Assembly (NCBI GenBank): GCA_016699535.1
Contig: CP064980.1
Span: forward strand, 3,296,835 to 3,360,834
Reading direction: 5' to 3'
From: Myxococcales bacterium
GTDB lineage: Bacteria > Myxococcota_A > Polyangia > Polyangiales > GCA-016699535
DNA: 64,000 nt
Shown: one piece after another, positions 29,712 to 38,964 of the stretch
Position numbering within the stretch: position 1 is the stretch's first letter
Layout: the number at the start of each line of letters is the position of its first letter
Notes under the pieces: model-generated
Told to the model about the DNA's origin: nothing
Database searches by the model: none
Seen by the model: only the letters and a program-made list of their open reading frames with translations
Position numbers and translations under genes: made by a program

Positions 29712-30516
29712 GGCAGATAAGGCCTTAAATCATTTCTGGTTACAAAACTCTGCAAAGCTTCAAACACGGTCGGCTCCATCATAAGCTTGCAGAAAAGTTC
29801 TTTTTCTTGCTCAAGTTCCTCTAGCGGCAAAGCTTTCACAAATTGCTTTGCTTGCCGCACGGTGTGTTTTGAGAAACGAGCACACTGCTGAGCCAGGGCG
29901 CGTGCGGCGCTCAGTGCCTCACCCTTCGCCAGCCGTTGCGAAACAAGGCCAAGTTCATAAGCCCGTTTGGCGTTGAGACTCCGGCCGCTGAATAACAAAT
30001 CACGAACCACGGCATTCCCGAGATCACGACCTAAACGCGGAAGCCCACCAAAACCAGGAACCAACCCCAGGCGCAGCTCAGGAAAACAAAACGACTGCTC
30101 GCATCCGCTACCATGACATCGCAAGTCAGCGCGAGCTCGAAACCACCACCGAATACCGGACCGTGCAAAGCCGCTATCGTTGTGGTTGGCGCGCTATCGA
30201 TGATGTTGAACACTCGGTGGATTCGATTCAAAAAATCCCGCACTTGCTCAAGCGCCACTTGTTTTTCTTCGGCTGTGTGAGCATCACTCAAAAAGTGATA
30301 CAGGGCTTTGAGATCCGCACCGGCACAAAAGCCGCTTTGAAGGCTACTGTAAATTACGAGGGGCGGAAGGCTTGAGGCGCTTTGTATATAGTCAGCAAGC
30401 ACTTCAAGTTCGTCCAATGTTTCAAGGCCAATCTCGTTACAAGGAGCGCGGTGAAGCTCAACCTCAAGCACTGAGTCGCGAAGCGCACAACAAATTGTTT
30501 TTCCTTGGTAGTCCAT
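29708..30516 (-). pseudogene. Enoyl-CoA hydratase/isomerase (crotonase) family, split by a 1-nt frame break
   Basis: ORF 30031-30516 has FCAGADL and ALHGPVFGGGFELALTCD. ORF 29708-30124 continues with FPELRLGLVPGFGG. The junction lies in the A/T runs at about 30083-30093. Confidence 0.75.
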
Positions 30517-30518
30517 GG

Positions 30519-32135
30519 CTATGTGTAAAGCTGATTCAGTTGCACTTGATAGTGCTCTTCCAGCACCTGGCGCCTCAGTTTTTGGTTTGCTGTAAGCAAC
30601 CCGCTTTCAGGCGTAAAAGGCTCCTCGGTAAGATGAAAAGCGCGAATGCGTCGGTAATGCGGCAAACTCTCGTTAAGCGTGTCGATGGTGTGTTTAACCT
30701 TCATCTCGTCGAGTTTGCCCGAAATGATCGCAGTCAAATAAGGTCTACCGTGGCCTACGACCACCACATAGTCTGCTTCCGGCAGGAGCGCATGCAGACT
30801 CTGCTCGATCGGCTCCGGTGCCACGTTGTGGCCAGACTCGGGTACCAAAATATTTTTCAAGCGACCGATGATCTGAAGGTTGCCTGCACTGTCCTGCTCA
30901 ACTTGATCTCCGGTGCGAAACCAACCATCCTCGCTGATGCAAGCATTGCTCTCTTCCTCTTTGCCCCAGTAGCCCATAAACACATGCGGGCCGCGGGTCT
31001 GCAGCTCGCCATCCTCTGAAACCCTGCATTCGACACCTTCGATGGGCTGGCCGACAAAACCATGAGCAGCTTTCTTTCCCAGTTTGTCCATACTCACAAT
31101 GGCCGTCGTTTCAGTGAGCCCGTAGACTTGATACACAGGAATGCCCAAAGCAGAGAAAAAATCTTGGGTGCTTTTTTGCAGCGGCGCAGAACCACAAATA
31201 AGAAAATCCAATGCGGGGCCGAGCTTTCGACGTATGGCAGCAAAAAGCGAAAGCTTTGCAAACTGAAGCGCCAATCGATCGGCTAAACCATGAGCACCGT
31301 GCATTGAGACCCGCATGGCCCGGTTGAAAAGCGCCGCAGCAAAACCACCTTTTTCCTGCAAACCGCTTTCAATCTGCTTTCTTATACGCTCGAGCAAGGC
31401 AGGAACATTCAGAAAGTAGTGTGGCTGTGCGGTTTTCATTTCTTCTTTGAGTTGCTCGAGATCGGTCGAAATGCGCAGCTCTGCTCCCCGCAGCAAACAG
31501 GTCCAAAGCATCACCCGTGATCCTGCAAAGCAAAACGGCAGATAGTGAAACACCCGATCATCTGCCGCATTTCGCGCTGCATCAAAAGCCTCTGCCGTAC
31601 GGTGCAACATAAAATCCAGGTTGGCCTGGCTCAGCATGGCGCCTTTAGAGGCTCCGCTTGTCCCTGAGGTATACACAAGAGTAGCTGGGACATGTTCGTT
31701 GCGTTTTCGGAAAGGCTCGTCGATGGATTTTTCCGTAAAAAGCTGATCGAGTAGCAGTACAGCAGGAGCAAGTTTCTTTTCTTTAAAACTTTCTGCAAGG
31801 TCTTCGTCCGCCACCACAATCACGGAAGGCATACTGTCTTGGATGATCGCTTCGAGCTCTTCCGCCTCTTGGCGGACATACAAAGGAACGGAAATCCCGC
31901 CTTCGGCGATAATGGCAAGATCACAAGCGACCCAACGAAAACTATTGGGCGCCACAAACACAGCGCGATGACCCGCACGAAGGCCAGCTTCGCGAAGCGC
32001 AAAGCGTGCACGTGCGATAGCTTCGATCAAATCATTGGCGGAATACGGCCATAAGCTTGCGCCGTGGACCTCTTGTAAAACAACACGATCCGATTGCTGC
32101 TTCAATTTATCCAGAATCTCTTGCGCAAAGCTCAT
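30519..32135 (-). CDS. AMP-dependent acyl-CoA/acyl-ACP synthetase (second copy)
   Basis: YTSGTSGASKG, VYGLTE and TGD motifs. The ATG at 32135 is preceded by GAAAAAGGAGG and overlaps the upstream stop as ATGA. Confidence 0.85.
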   Translation of the reverse strand: MSFAQEILDKLKQQSDRVVLQEVHGASLWPYSANDLIEAIARARFALREAGLRAGHRAVFVAPNSFRWVACDLAIIAEGGISVPLYVRQEAEELEAIIQDSMPSVIVVADEDLAESFKEKKLAPAVLLLDQLFTEKSIDEPFRKRNEHVPATLVYTSGTSGASKGAMLSQANLDFMLHRTAEAFDAARNAADDRVFHYLPFCFAGSRVMLWTCLLRGAELRISTDLEQLKEEMKTAQPHYFLNVPALLERIRKQIESGLQEKGGFAAALFNRAMRVSMHGAHGLADRLALQFAKLSLFAAIRRKLGPALDFLICGSAPLQKSTQDFFSALGIPVYQVYGLTETTAIVSMDKLGKKAAHGFVGQPIEGVECRVSEDGELQTRGPHVFMGYWGKEEESNACISEDGWFRTGDQVEQDSAGNLQIIGRLKNILVPESGHNVAPEPIEQSLHALLPEADYVVVVGHGRPYLTAIISGKLDEMKVKHTIDTLNESLPHYRRIRAFHLTEEPFTPESGLLTANQKLRRQVLEEHYQVQLNQLYT

Positions 32136-33664
32136 GACGCCTCCTTTTTCTCGGCACACTCGTAGCGTTTTATTAAGGCCTTTAAGTTATCATTAAGCTC
32201 TGGCAAAAAAGCCCAAGGGTCTTCTTTTGCAAGCAACTGCTCAGAGATTGGAAAGTCTGGGTACTGTTTGTGTAAGGCTTCTAAAAAGGTCTTCCCCATC
32301 TGCCCCATGCATTTGAGATTGCGCACCACTGCCTGAGCCATCGCGGTTTTGCTTTGCGAAGCGTGCTGCTGCACATAGTCAAATTGTGTAAGTATTTTTT
32401 CAGCAAGCTCAGGGGCATTCATGTCAATCGAGAGCGCTGCTTCACCACGATCACTCATAAGATTCGCAATGCGCTCATCCATCGTGACACCAATCGAGAG
32501 CACCTGAGCAGGCATGGACGTTACGATGGCGTGAAAACGCGAAGAGATGAGCCAAGTGCTCTGTCGCAAAAGCGAAACAAGGCTGTACATGTCGTACTCA
32601 TCCGATATAAAAAGTGCAGGCGATATTGAACTTAGACGCGCGGCCAAGGCTTCTGCGGCTTTTCTATCGAGGCGCTCCATGCCCACCAACGCAACAAAAG
32701 CATCTTGCTCTTTCTGAATACGGAGCACTGCTTTTGCAAGTTCGTCGAGATAACGCTCTTGTTTTTCTTTAACGTCTGGACCGCCATGATGAAAGTAAAT
32801 CGAAGCGTAGTGATCCTCGTCTCTTCTAGAGTTAAAAGCGAGCTTTGCAGCGCGTGCCAAATCGGGTCGCACCGGCCACCAATAACCATTGATGGGACAT
32901 ACTGTGAGCACTGGGCGCTTTCCGTCCCAGCCCTTCTCTTTTAGCAGCTTCTGGCCGACTTCCGGCGGCGCTGGATCAAAGGTCCAGGCTGTATCCGTGC
33001 CCACGGTGGATTCAATCCCCAACGCACCAAGCACCGAAGCACTCTGTGTGTTACGAACGATTACTTTAGCGTGCTTGCAATAACGTCGCACAAGCTTTTC
33101 CAACGGAGCATCCATAGCCCCTGCTTCGCCACCGTACGCAACCGCAAGTTTCTGCTCGGAAGAAGCCAGACCCAAGGATCCAACCATCATGGTTGAAAGC
33201 GCATTGGCAAACTTGGACTTAAACATCGAGCCTTCAGCCGCGATGACACCGTGATGCGCATGCACTGTGTCGAAAAGGAACTTTGGAAATAGTTTTGGAA
33301 ATTGAATCTGCTTTACCGTTCTAAAATAGCCCTCGGACCATTGGGGGTTCAGAGTCAAGATCGACAAACTCAGGTGCTCATCACCAAGCAAGAAGCGAAA
33401 CTGCCGAATCATCTCTTCAACCCGAACATCGGCCCCAGTATTGCGATTACCGGCATAGCCTACAATCATTAGCTTAAGCGCTTGACCCGCTTTCCACTGC
33501 GCCCCGGGATCAAGGGGATAGCGCGCAGCGCTGAGCTCAATGAAGCTAGCCATGCTTCGCATCAGCCAGCGATCGGCATCGAGATGAGCCAAAGCATTTT
33601 GCTCAGCAAACTGCTTGGCTTTTTTTGCTATCTCTATCCAACCTTGCATCTTTACGTCCTTCAT
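32132..33664 (-). CDS. Polysaccharide-pyruvyl-transferase-fold protein (PS_pyruv_trans-like)
   Basis: N-terminal MIVGYAGNRNTGADVRVEE and C-terminal LISSRFHAIVTSM...IGVTMDERI resemble the conserved blocks of CsaB/WcaK-type enzymes. The family assignment is by eye only. Confidence 0.55.
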   Translation of the reverse strand: MKDVKMQGWIEIAKKAKQFAEQNALAHLDADRWLMRSMASFIELSAARYPLDPGAQWKAGQALKLMIVGYAGNRNTGADVRVEEMIRQFRFLLGDEHLSLSILTLNPQWSEGYFRTVKQIQFPKLFPKFLFDTVHAHHGVIAAEGSMFKSKFANALSTMMVGSLGLASSEQKLAVAYGGEAGAMDAPLEKLVRRYCKHAKVIVRNTQSASVLGALGIESTVGTDTAWTFDPAPPEVGQKLLKEKGWDGKRPVLTVCPINGYWWPVRPDLARAAKLAFNSRRDEDHYASIYFHHGGPDVKEKQERYLDELAKAVLRIQKEQDAFVALVGMERLDRKAAEALAARLSSISPALFISDEYDMYSLVSLLRQSTWLISSRFHAIVTSMPAQVLSIGVTMDERIANLMSDRGEAALSIDMNAPELAEKILTQFDYVQQHASQSKTAMAQAVVRNLKCMGQMGKTFLEALHKQYPDFPISEQLLAKEDPWAFLPELNDNLKALIKRYECAEKKEAS

Positions 33665-34794
33665 GCAGCTTTAGCCGCCTTTTGGGGTAGCGGTGAAAAA
33701 GGAAAACTAAAATTAGACTCTTTTGCAAAGCGATAGAGTTCGGCGGCATAGGCATTAAAGGGAACGGCTTTTAGACCAAGCTCCTGCTCGACCCGAGCAC
33801 TATCAAAGACCGTATCAAAGGTAATGTAAGGCCAAAACACCTTGAGCAAAACAGCCACGCGATAGAGCGTGCTCTCTTTCGGAAGCAGCAGACCGGCATC
33901 GACGGTTCGTGAAAACGCGTGTTCAAACGCAGGGGTGAATCGCGGCACGCGGCGATCTAAACTTTGACACACAGATTTGGCTATTTCGCCTGCGCTAAGG
34001 GCATCGCGACCACTGCTTAAATGATAGCAATCGTAGGAAAGCTTTTGCTTTTGATGCAACCTTGCGATAGCAGCACCTACAAAATCCGCATTGACGATAT
34101 CGAGTCGCCCTTTTGGGTTCATGGGCAAAGCCGGAAACTCCATCAAAGCCGCAAAGGCCCTAACCATGTCGAACTGACTTGTTTGCGCGAAACGCGAATC
34201 ACCCATCACGATCGATGGACGCATGATAAGGACTTTCTCAGAGGGAAGCATTTGCCGAACCATGTGCTCAGCAAACTTTTTGGTCCGGGCATAAGGATCG
34301 TAGTCGGAGCGGCTCCAGTCAATTGACGCATCTTCACTCACAAGCTCAGACTGCCTTTGGCCCGCCACTGCAACCGTCGAGACATAACTAAAGCGTCTTA
34401 GGCGCCGTCTTTGCTCGAGTTCCAGGCCAAGCTTAATCATCGAAAGCGTGCCTCGAAGATTAACGTTCATGCAGACTTTCTCAGAGCGACGGTTTAAAGA
34501 AGCGGCAATATGCAATACCGAATCCACCCGACCAAGCAGCTCGTCGTGATCCTTTCTGCTCATCCCCAAGTTATCTTGAGTCAAATCACCGTAGACAAAA
34601 TGAAGCCGCGGCAGATAAGCGAAAAACTGTTCAGCTGATATATGAAGTTGTAGCGCTCGCCACAGTTTCTCCTCGCAGGCACGTTTGTCTTTTTCTCGGA
34701 CCAAAACATGGATTTTCTCTGAGCTGCCCTGAAGTAGTTCGCTCACCACGTAGCCGCCAAGAAACCCAGTACCACCCGATAGGAACACACTCAT
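33661..34794 (-). CDS. NAD_binding_4 / thioester-reductase-like SDR
   Basis: FLSGGTGFLGGYV Rossmann motif, and a YARTK (YxxxK) catalytic pair. Confidence 0.75.
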   Translation of the reverse strand: MSVFLSGGTGFLGGYVVSELLQGSSEKIHVLVREKDKRACEEKLWRALQLHISAEQFFAYLPRLHFVYGDLTQDNLGMSRKDHDELLGRVDSVLHIAASLNRRSEKVCMNVNLRGTLSMIKLGLELEQRRRLRRFSYVSTVAVAGQRQSELVSEDASIDWSRSDYDPYARTKKFAEHMVRQMLPSEKVLIMRPSIVMGDSRFAQTSQFDMVRAFAALMEFPALPMNPKGRLDIVNADFVGAAIARLHQKQKLSYDCYHLSSGRDALSAGEIAKSVCQSLDRRVPRFTPAFEHAFSRTVDAGLLLPKESTLYRVAVLLKVFWPYITFDTVFDSARVEQELGLKAVPFNAYAAELYRFAKESNFSFPFSPLPQKAAKAA

Positions 34795-36419
34795 ATCTCG
34801 GCCCTCGACACTTCTGCACTTTCAGTACTCGGCTGCACAACACCCAAACGCTTTTCCACCAAACGCAAAGACAAATCGTCGGGAACTTTCTGTCCCTCGA
34901 TTAGCGGTATACACCACTTCATAAGCCCAGGAATCTGCACGTTGATCCAGTAACCGTACCAGTCAAGATTATCGATTCCAAAACGAAAAGCGCTTTCGAC
35001 AGTGGGATCAAGCTCCTCGTTAAGAGTTTGCAGATTTTCACTCTGAAAAATGTAATCGTGATCGTGGGTAAACGGCCGGTAGAGCGTGAGCATGTATTCA
35101 ATGCGATTTAATGTACGCTTGCCATGTTTGATGCTTTTGACCAAGCGTTTAACGGCCTTGTCCACCGAAGTGCCAGCAAACTTTGAGCGGACATGCCTTT
35201 CATGGAAAGTACGAAGCAATCCTTCCGCTTGCTCGCTTCGTTTGCGCCAAACGCCCAAACGTCGCAAATGCGTATCGCCCTCAACTTCAAAGGCATCCAA
35301 ATGACTCCACAAACGCTTTTTCAAACTTTCGCTTTGATGCATCCGTTGATGGCGACGGATGCCTAAGGCCACGAGATCCAAAGTTCGTCCAAAGCTTACA
35401 GGATTGATTGAAGAGGAGCACAAATGATAGACGGCTTTGGCTTGATTGCTGAGTGAAGCAGCAAGCACGAGGCTTATGCCGCGCGCAACCTCATCGCCTC
35501 GCACAACATCAAAACGATTGCTGCTTTGCGACGGGATCCAGCGATAGGGCGTTGAAAGCAGCCATACCAACGGCGCCGAGGTATTAATACCTTCATTCCA
35601 GCCAGCAAAGGGGAAGTCAGTGGCGCATTCCACCACGGAGGGACGTGCAATGCAAAGATCGATGTCTTTGCGGTGCACGAGCAAGTGCTCAGCAAGGCCT
35701 TTGCTTAAGGTGTAAATGTTACGCCAGCCCAGTTCTTCAGCAAAGCGTACTGCGATATCGATACGCGCTTGTTTTGCTTTTCGATCTTCTTGCGGCAAAA
35801 AAAGCGCATCACTTCGCATGCATGCTGCTTCGATATCGCGCAAGGTCTCTCGAGGATCAAAGACCTCACCTTTCGGACATATGCCATACTCAATACTCTC
35901 TTGAACCTGCCCTTGCGCTACGCCTGCTACGTAAGCGGTCGAAATATGGATCAGTTTCTTCGAGGGCGTTTGCGCGGCGAGATCAGCTACATGAAGGGCT
36001 CCTCTCACGTTGACCGAAAGTGCTAGTTTGGGATCCGCTTGAAAATCCGTTATGCCCGCAATGTGCACTACCGCATCGATTCTTGGGAGCAGTTCCTTGC
36101 ATGTTTTATCAGACAGGGCGCACTTCGCTTGTTGAATGTCGCCTTCAAGCACTGTCACTTTGCTTTTGATGAAGGCTTCGTAGCTGTTTCCGTATTTTTC
36201 CCTAAGCGGTCTAAAAACAGGATTTCGTCCAATCATGTCTAAAAACCGTTCGGCGGCGCTTTGCTTTCGCGTCGAACGGAGAAGAATATAGACTTGCTTG
36301 AGATCGCTAATGCGATCCAATGTAAAGGCAAGCCAAACCTTCGCCACAAAGCCGCTCACACCAGTCACTAGCAGCGTCTTACCACTCAAGTTTTGTTTGG
36401 GATTAAAGTCCCTTGTCAT
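34791..36419 (-). CDS. Fatty acyl-CoA/ACP reductase-like protein (NAD_binding_4 plus a C-terminal extension)
   Basis: LLVTGVSGFVAKV, STAYVAG and YTLSK (YxxxK). The ATG at 36419 overlaps the upstream stop as ATGA. Confidence 0.75.
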   Translation of the reverse strand: MTRDFNPKQNLSGKTLLVTGVSGFVAKVWLAFTLDRISDLKQVYILLRSTRKQSAAERFLDMIGRNPVFRPLREKYGNSYEAFIKSKVTVLEGDIQQAKCALSDKTCKELLPRIDAVVHIAGITDFQADPKLALSVNVRGALHVADLAAQTPSKKLIHISTAYVAGVAQGQVQESIEYGICPKGEVFDPRETLRDIEAACMRSDALFLPQEDRKAKQARIDIAVRFAEELGWRNIYTLSKGLAEHLLVHRKDIDLCIARPSVVECATDFPFAGWNEGINTSAPLVWLLSTPYRWIPSQSSNRFDVVRGDEVARGISLVLAASLSNQAKAVYHLCSSSINPVSFGRTLDLVALGIRRHQRMHQSESLKKRLWSHLDAFEVEGDTHLRRLGVWRKRSEQAEGLLRTFHERHVRSKFAGTSVDKAVKRLVKSIKHGKRTLNRIEYMLTLYRPFTHDHDYIFQSENLQTLNEELDPTVESAFRFGIDNLDWYGYWINVQIPGLMKWCIPLIEGQKVPDDLSLRLVEKRLGVVQPSTESAEVSRAEI

Positions 36420-37090
36420 AACACCGACCAATCGCTCTGTTTTGCCAAATGGCGTAGTTTTCGATCCGGATGAATCACTGAAGCATGTCCCATAAGATCC
36501 AGCATCAGGCTGTCCTGACTGCCAGAAGCCACTGCAAAAGAAGCCGCCAAATCAATATTGTTCTCGGCGGCGTACTGTCGCAAACGTTTTCCTGAGACAG
36601 CGCGCCTAATCACCGGATCCAATAACCTTCCGGTGGCTTTGCCCTCACGGTATTCAAGACAATTGCATAGCAACGCATCAGCCTTCACTCGCTCGGCTAC
36701 GCTCTGCATGACTTCGGAGATACTGTCGCTAATCAACACCACATGAGAAACCCGTCGCCGGACTTCCTGAAGATGAGCCAGAGCTTCAGCGTTCAGTCTG
36801 GGTTCAATGATTTGCTCGGCATAGCTGTGCGCCATGGCCCGAATTCGATCCTGGCTCAGCCCGCGTAGCGCAGCCCATCCCAAACGGCGGCCTAAATCGT
36901 AAACATCACTATCGCCTCCAAGTGCAAACGGAAGCGATGCAACAATTTGGCCAAGGCGCAGAGCCCGCTGCCTTAGACGCTGAGCGTTTGCGGCGCACCA
37001 GGCCGGTGCGAGCAGCGTTGGAACGCGCGACAAAGTGCCTTCAACACGACAAAATAACGCTGCTCGTTTGCTTTCTTCAGCAGTACTCAT
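36416..37090 (-). CDS. HAD-IB-like protein with a degenerate motif I
   Basis: Overall HAD-IB (SerB-like) layout, but motif I reads FCRVEGTL where DxDGTL is expected. The nucleophile Asp position is Arg and the second Asp is Glu. Confidence 0.55.
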   Translation of the reverse strand: MSTAEESKRAALFCRVEGTLSRVPTLLAPAWCAANAQRLRQRALRLGQIVASLPFALGGDSDVYDLGRRLGWAALRGLSQDRIRAMAHSYAEQIIEPRLNAEALAHLQEVRRRVSHVVLISDSISEVMQSVAERVKADALLCNCLEYREGKATGRLLDPVIRRAVSGKRLRQYAAENNIDLAASFAVASGSQDSLMLDLMGHASVIHPDRKLRHLAKQSDWSVL

Positions 37091-37117
37091 GGTTGCGTTA
37101 TGGTGTAGCCAAATTAG

Positions 37118-37131
37118 ACTGACATGTCAGT
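37118..37131. promoter_or_regulatory. Perfect 14-bp palindrome ACTGACATGTCAGT, candidate operator
   Basis: Seen directly. It lies 28 bp upstream of the first start codon (37090) of the ten-gene minus-strand operon, whose last gene is a TetR regulator. Confidence 0.4.
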
Positions 37132-37163
37132 ACAATTGAAGCAAACAAGATAACCTATTGTTA

Positions 37164-37421
37164 TTAATAAGAAATTCTGCGTTTGTTGCATTGAAATAGA
37201 GCTCCTAGGCGCCCTGGCGAATGAAAAAAGGCTCGGGGCTCTAGAATACAATGAGTTTGGCAGCCATGAAGAACATTTTCATCAATAAGGTCTTCTATAT
37301 CAACCAGCCCTTCTTTCAATTCTCGGTCGTGCAGCTGTGCATCCATGGGCTGGTAGTTTTCTTCTGCATACTGGATGCCCGACCGATCGATGCCCCCGCG
37401 TGACTCACGCTTGTGCTCCAC
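37164..37421 (-). CDS. Doubtful small ORF (85 aa), hypothetical
   Basis: ORF with a GTG start in an AT-rich intergenic stretch. No motif recognised. Confidence 0.2.
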   Translation of the reverse strand: MEHKRESRGGIDRSGIQYAEENYQPMDAQLHDRELKEGLVDIEDLIDENVLHGCQTHCILEPRAFFHSPGRLGALFQCNKRRISY

Positions 37422-37614
37422 CCGAACTCAAAGCGACGCGGCGATGGGTGTTCTGTGAAAGCTGCATCTATGGTATGTCAAGTCTGAGATTAATTACTCC
37501 AAATTAATGCCAAATTTGGCGTGGTGATGTTTTTTAGGCAATGGCTTATTTGTTCCTACGGGTCGCGTCAGCTCTAAACTCGTTATAAAACAATACGCAT
37601 TAGATAACGAATGG

Positions 37615-38070
37615 GTGGGTTGCATGGAACGTGTTTTTCCTACGCCACTTGCGTCCTATAGTGAATCTTTCCTCGCCACTCTTAGTTCAGAACTCGTTGT
37701 TGAACCGACGAACTCGCTGTCTTTAATTCCTATTGCTACGCAGAACGGTTTCTCGCTTTCATTGATAACAACTCAACACGAGCCGATATATATGTTTGAC
37801 ATTATAGTGACCCACGAAGTCGCTAATCCGAACGAAACCCAGATCAATCATGACAAACTGCAGGCTCTAGCTCCACACGGCTTTTCACCGGACCGCGTCG
37901 AGCTCGAACTAAAATACTATGCAGCACAGCTTACACACTGGCCCTTTTCACATGGCTCAGGTGATGAAGAGTCGGATGCCAGTGGTATGCTAACCCTCAA
38001 ATACGAACGAAACTGGATAGTACCACTGACAAGCGAACTCACGGAAAGCTTGGTGGCCGACGTAAACTAG
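37615..38070 (+). CDS. Hypothetical protein
   Basis: 151-aa ORF with no recognisable domain or signal peptide. Confidence 0.4.
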   Translation: MGCMERVFPTPLASYSESFLATLSSELVVEPTNSLSLIPIATQNGFSLSLITTQHEPIYMFDIIVTHEVANPNETQINHDKLQALAPHGFSPDRVELELKYYAAQLTHWPFSHGSGDEESDASGMLTLKYERNWIVPLTSELTESLVADVN

Positions 38071-38127
38071 AGGGGAAGTGGCGTGTCACTGTGAAGCCTA
38101 AAAATGTGCTCGGCACCTTTTTGGTCG

Positions 38128-38640
38128 TTATCGGAAGGCTTGCTCAATTTGTTCGTTGGTTAGTTTTCGGACTTCGCGTTCGTTTTCAGGTTGCCAACTT
38201 GGGGAAGTCACCAAGAGCATTTTCAGGTTTCCAGCGTAGTAGAATTTGTGGTTCGGAGGCACGACAATGATGTCAGTGGCTTTGACAGGTTGTTTGTGCC
38301 CGTTGATGATAAAAGCGCCCTGCCCTTCGATGATGTAGTAAACAAAGAAACTTGCAACATCGTAAAACTCCTGGCGATGACCGTGGGTGGTTTCAACCGT
38401 AACCATGCCCACCTGGTTTTGGGTGGCATCTCGGACCGGATACACTTTGAGGTCGATTCCAAACTTGGATTTGCTGAAAGCTTCATCTCGCGTAAAAACA
38501 AAACGTGCGGGCGCAGAAACCTTGTCGGAGCTTTTTCGCTGGACAACCGGTTTCGGCGTAGCGCTGCTTGGCGCTCCCGAAATCGTTGAACCGCCACACG
38601 CCACCAGACCAAGACAAAGCAATACAAACAGGGGCTTCAT
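38128..38640 (-). CDS. Cupin-domain lipoprotein
   Basis: Lipobox LVACGGS, and a cupin-type beta-barrel core (HGHRQEFY...YYIIEGQG...G). Confidence 0.65.
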   Translation of the reverse strand: MKPLFVLLCLGLVACGGSTISGAPSSATPKPVVQRKSSDKVSAPARFVFTRDEAFSKSKFGIDLKVYPVRDATQNQVGMVTVETTHGHRQEFYDVASFFVYYIIEGQGAFIINGHKQPVKATDIIVVPPNHKFYYAGNLKMLLVTSPSWQPENEREVRKLTNEQIEQAFR

Positions 38641-38964
38641 TGAGACCTCCAGTCTGGAGAAAAGTTTCCATCAAATCGAAATGAACACAATAACGTTATC
38701 GATCTTGCAAAAGAAAGTGCCAGGCTCCTTTATGGGTGACATGGGGCACTCGGCAATTGCCAATTCTGGCGTCTTTTGACCATATAATATGCCAACAGTG
38801 GCATGTTATAACAAAAAAACATGCTAGTTCTGTCATGTGCGCAGCGCGTTACATCGGGTGGCTTGAACACTTGATAGGCGCCTGCTCTGGGGTCAAGCTC
38901 TACCCCCAAATGCATTGGAAGCTTTGAAGGCTTTAACGTTGTAAGAGAGCATGAGCGCAGCGAG

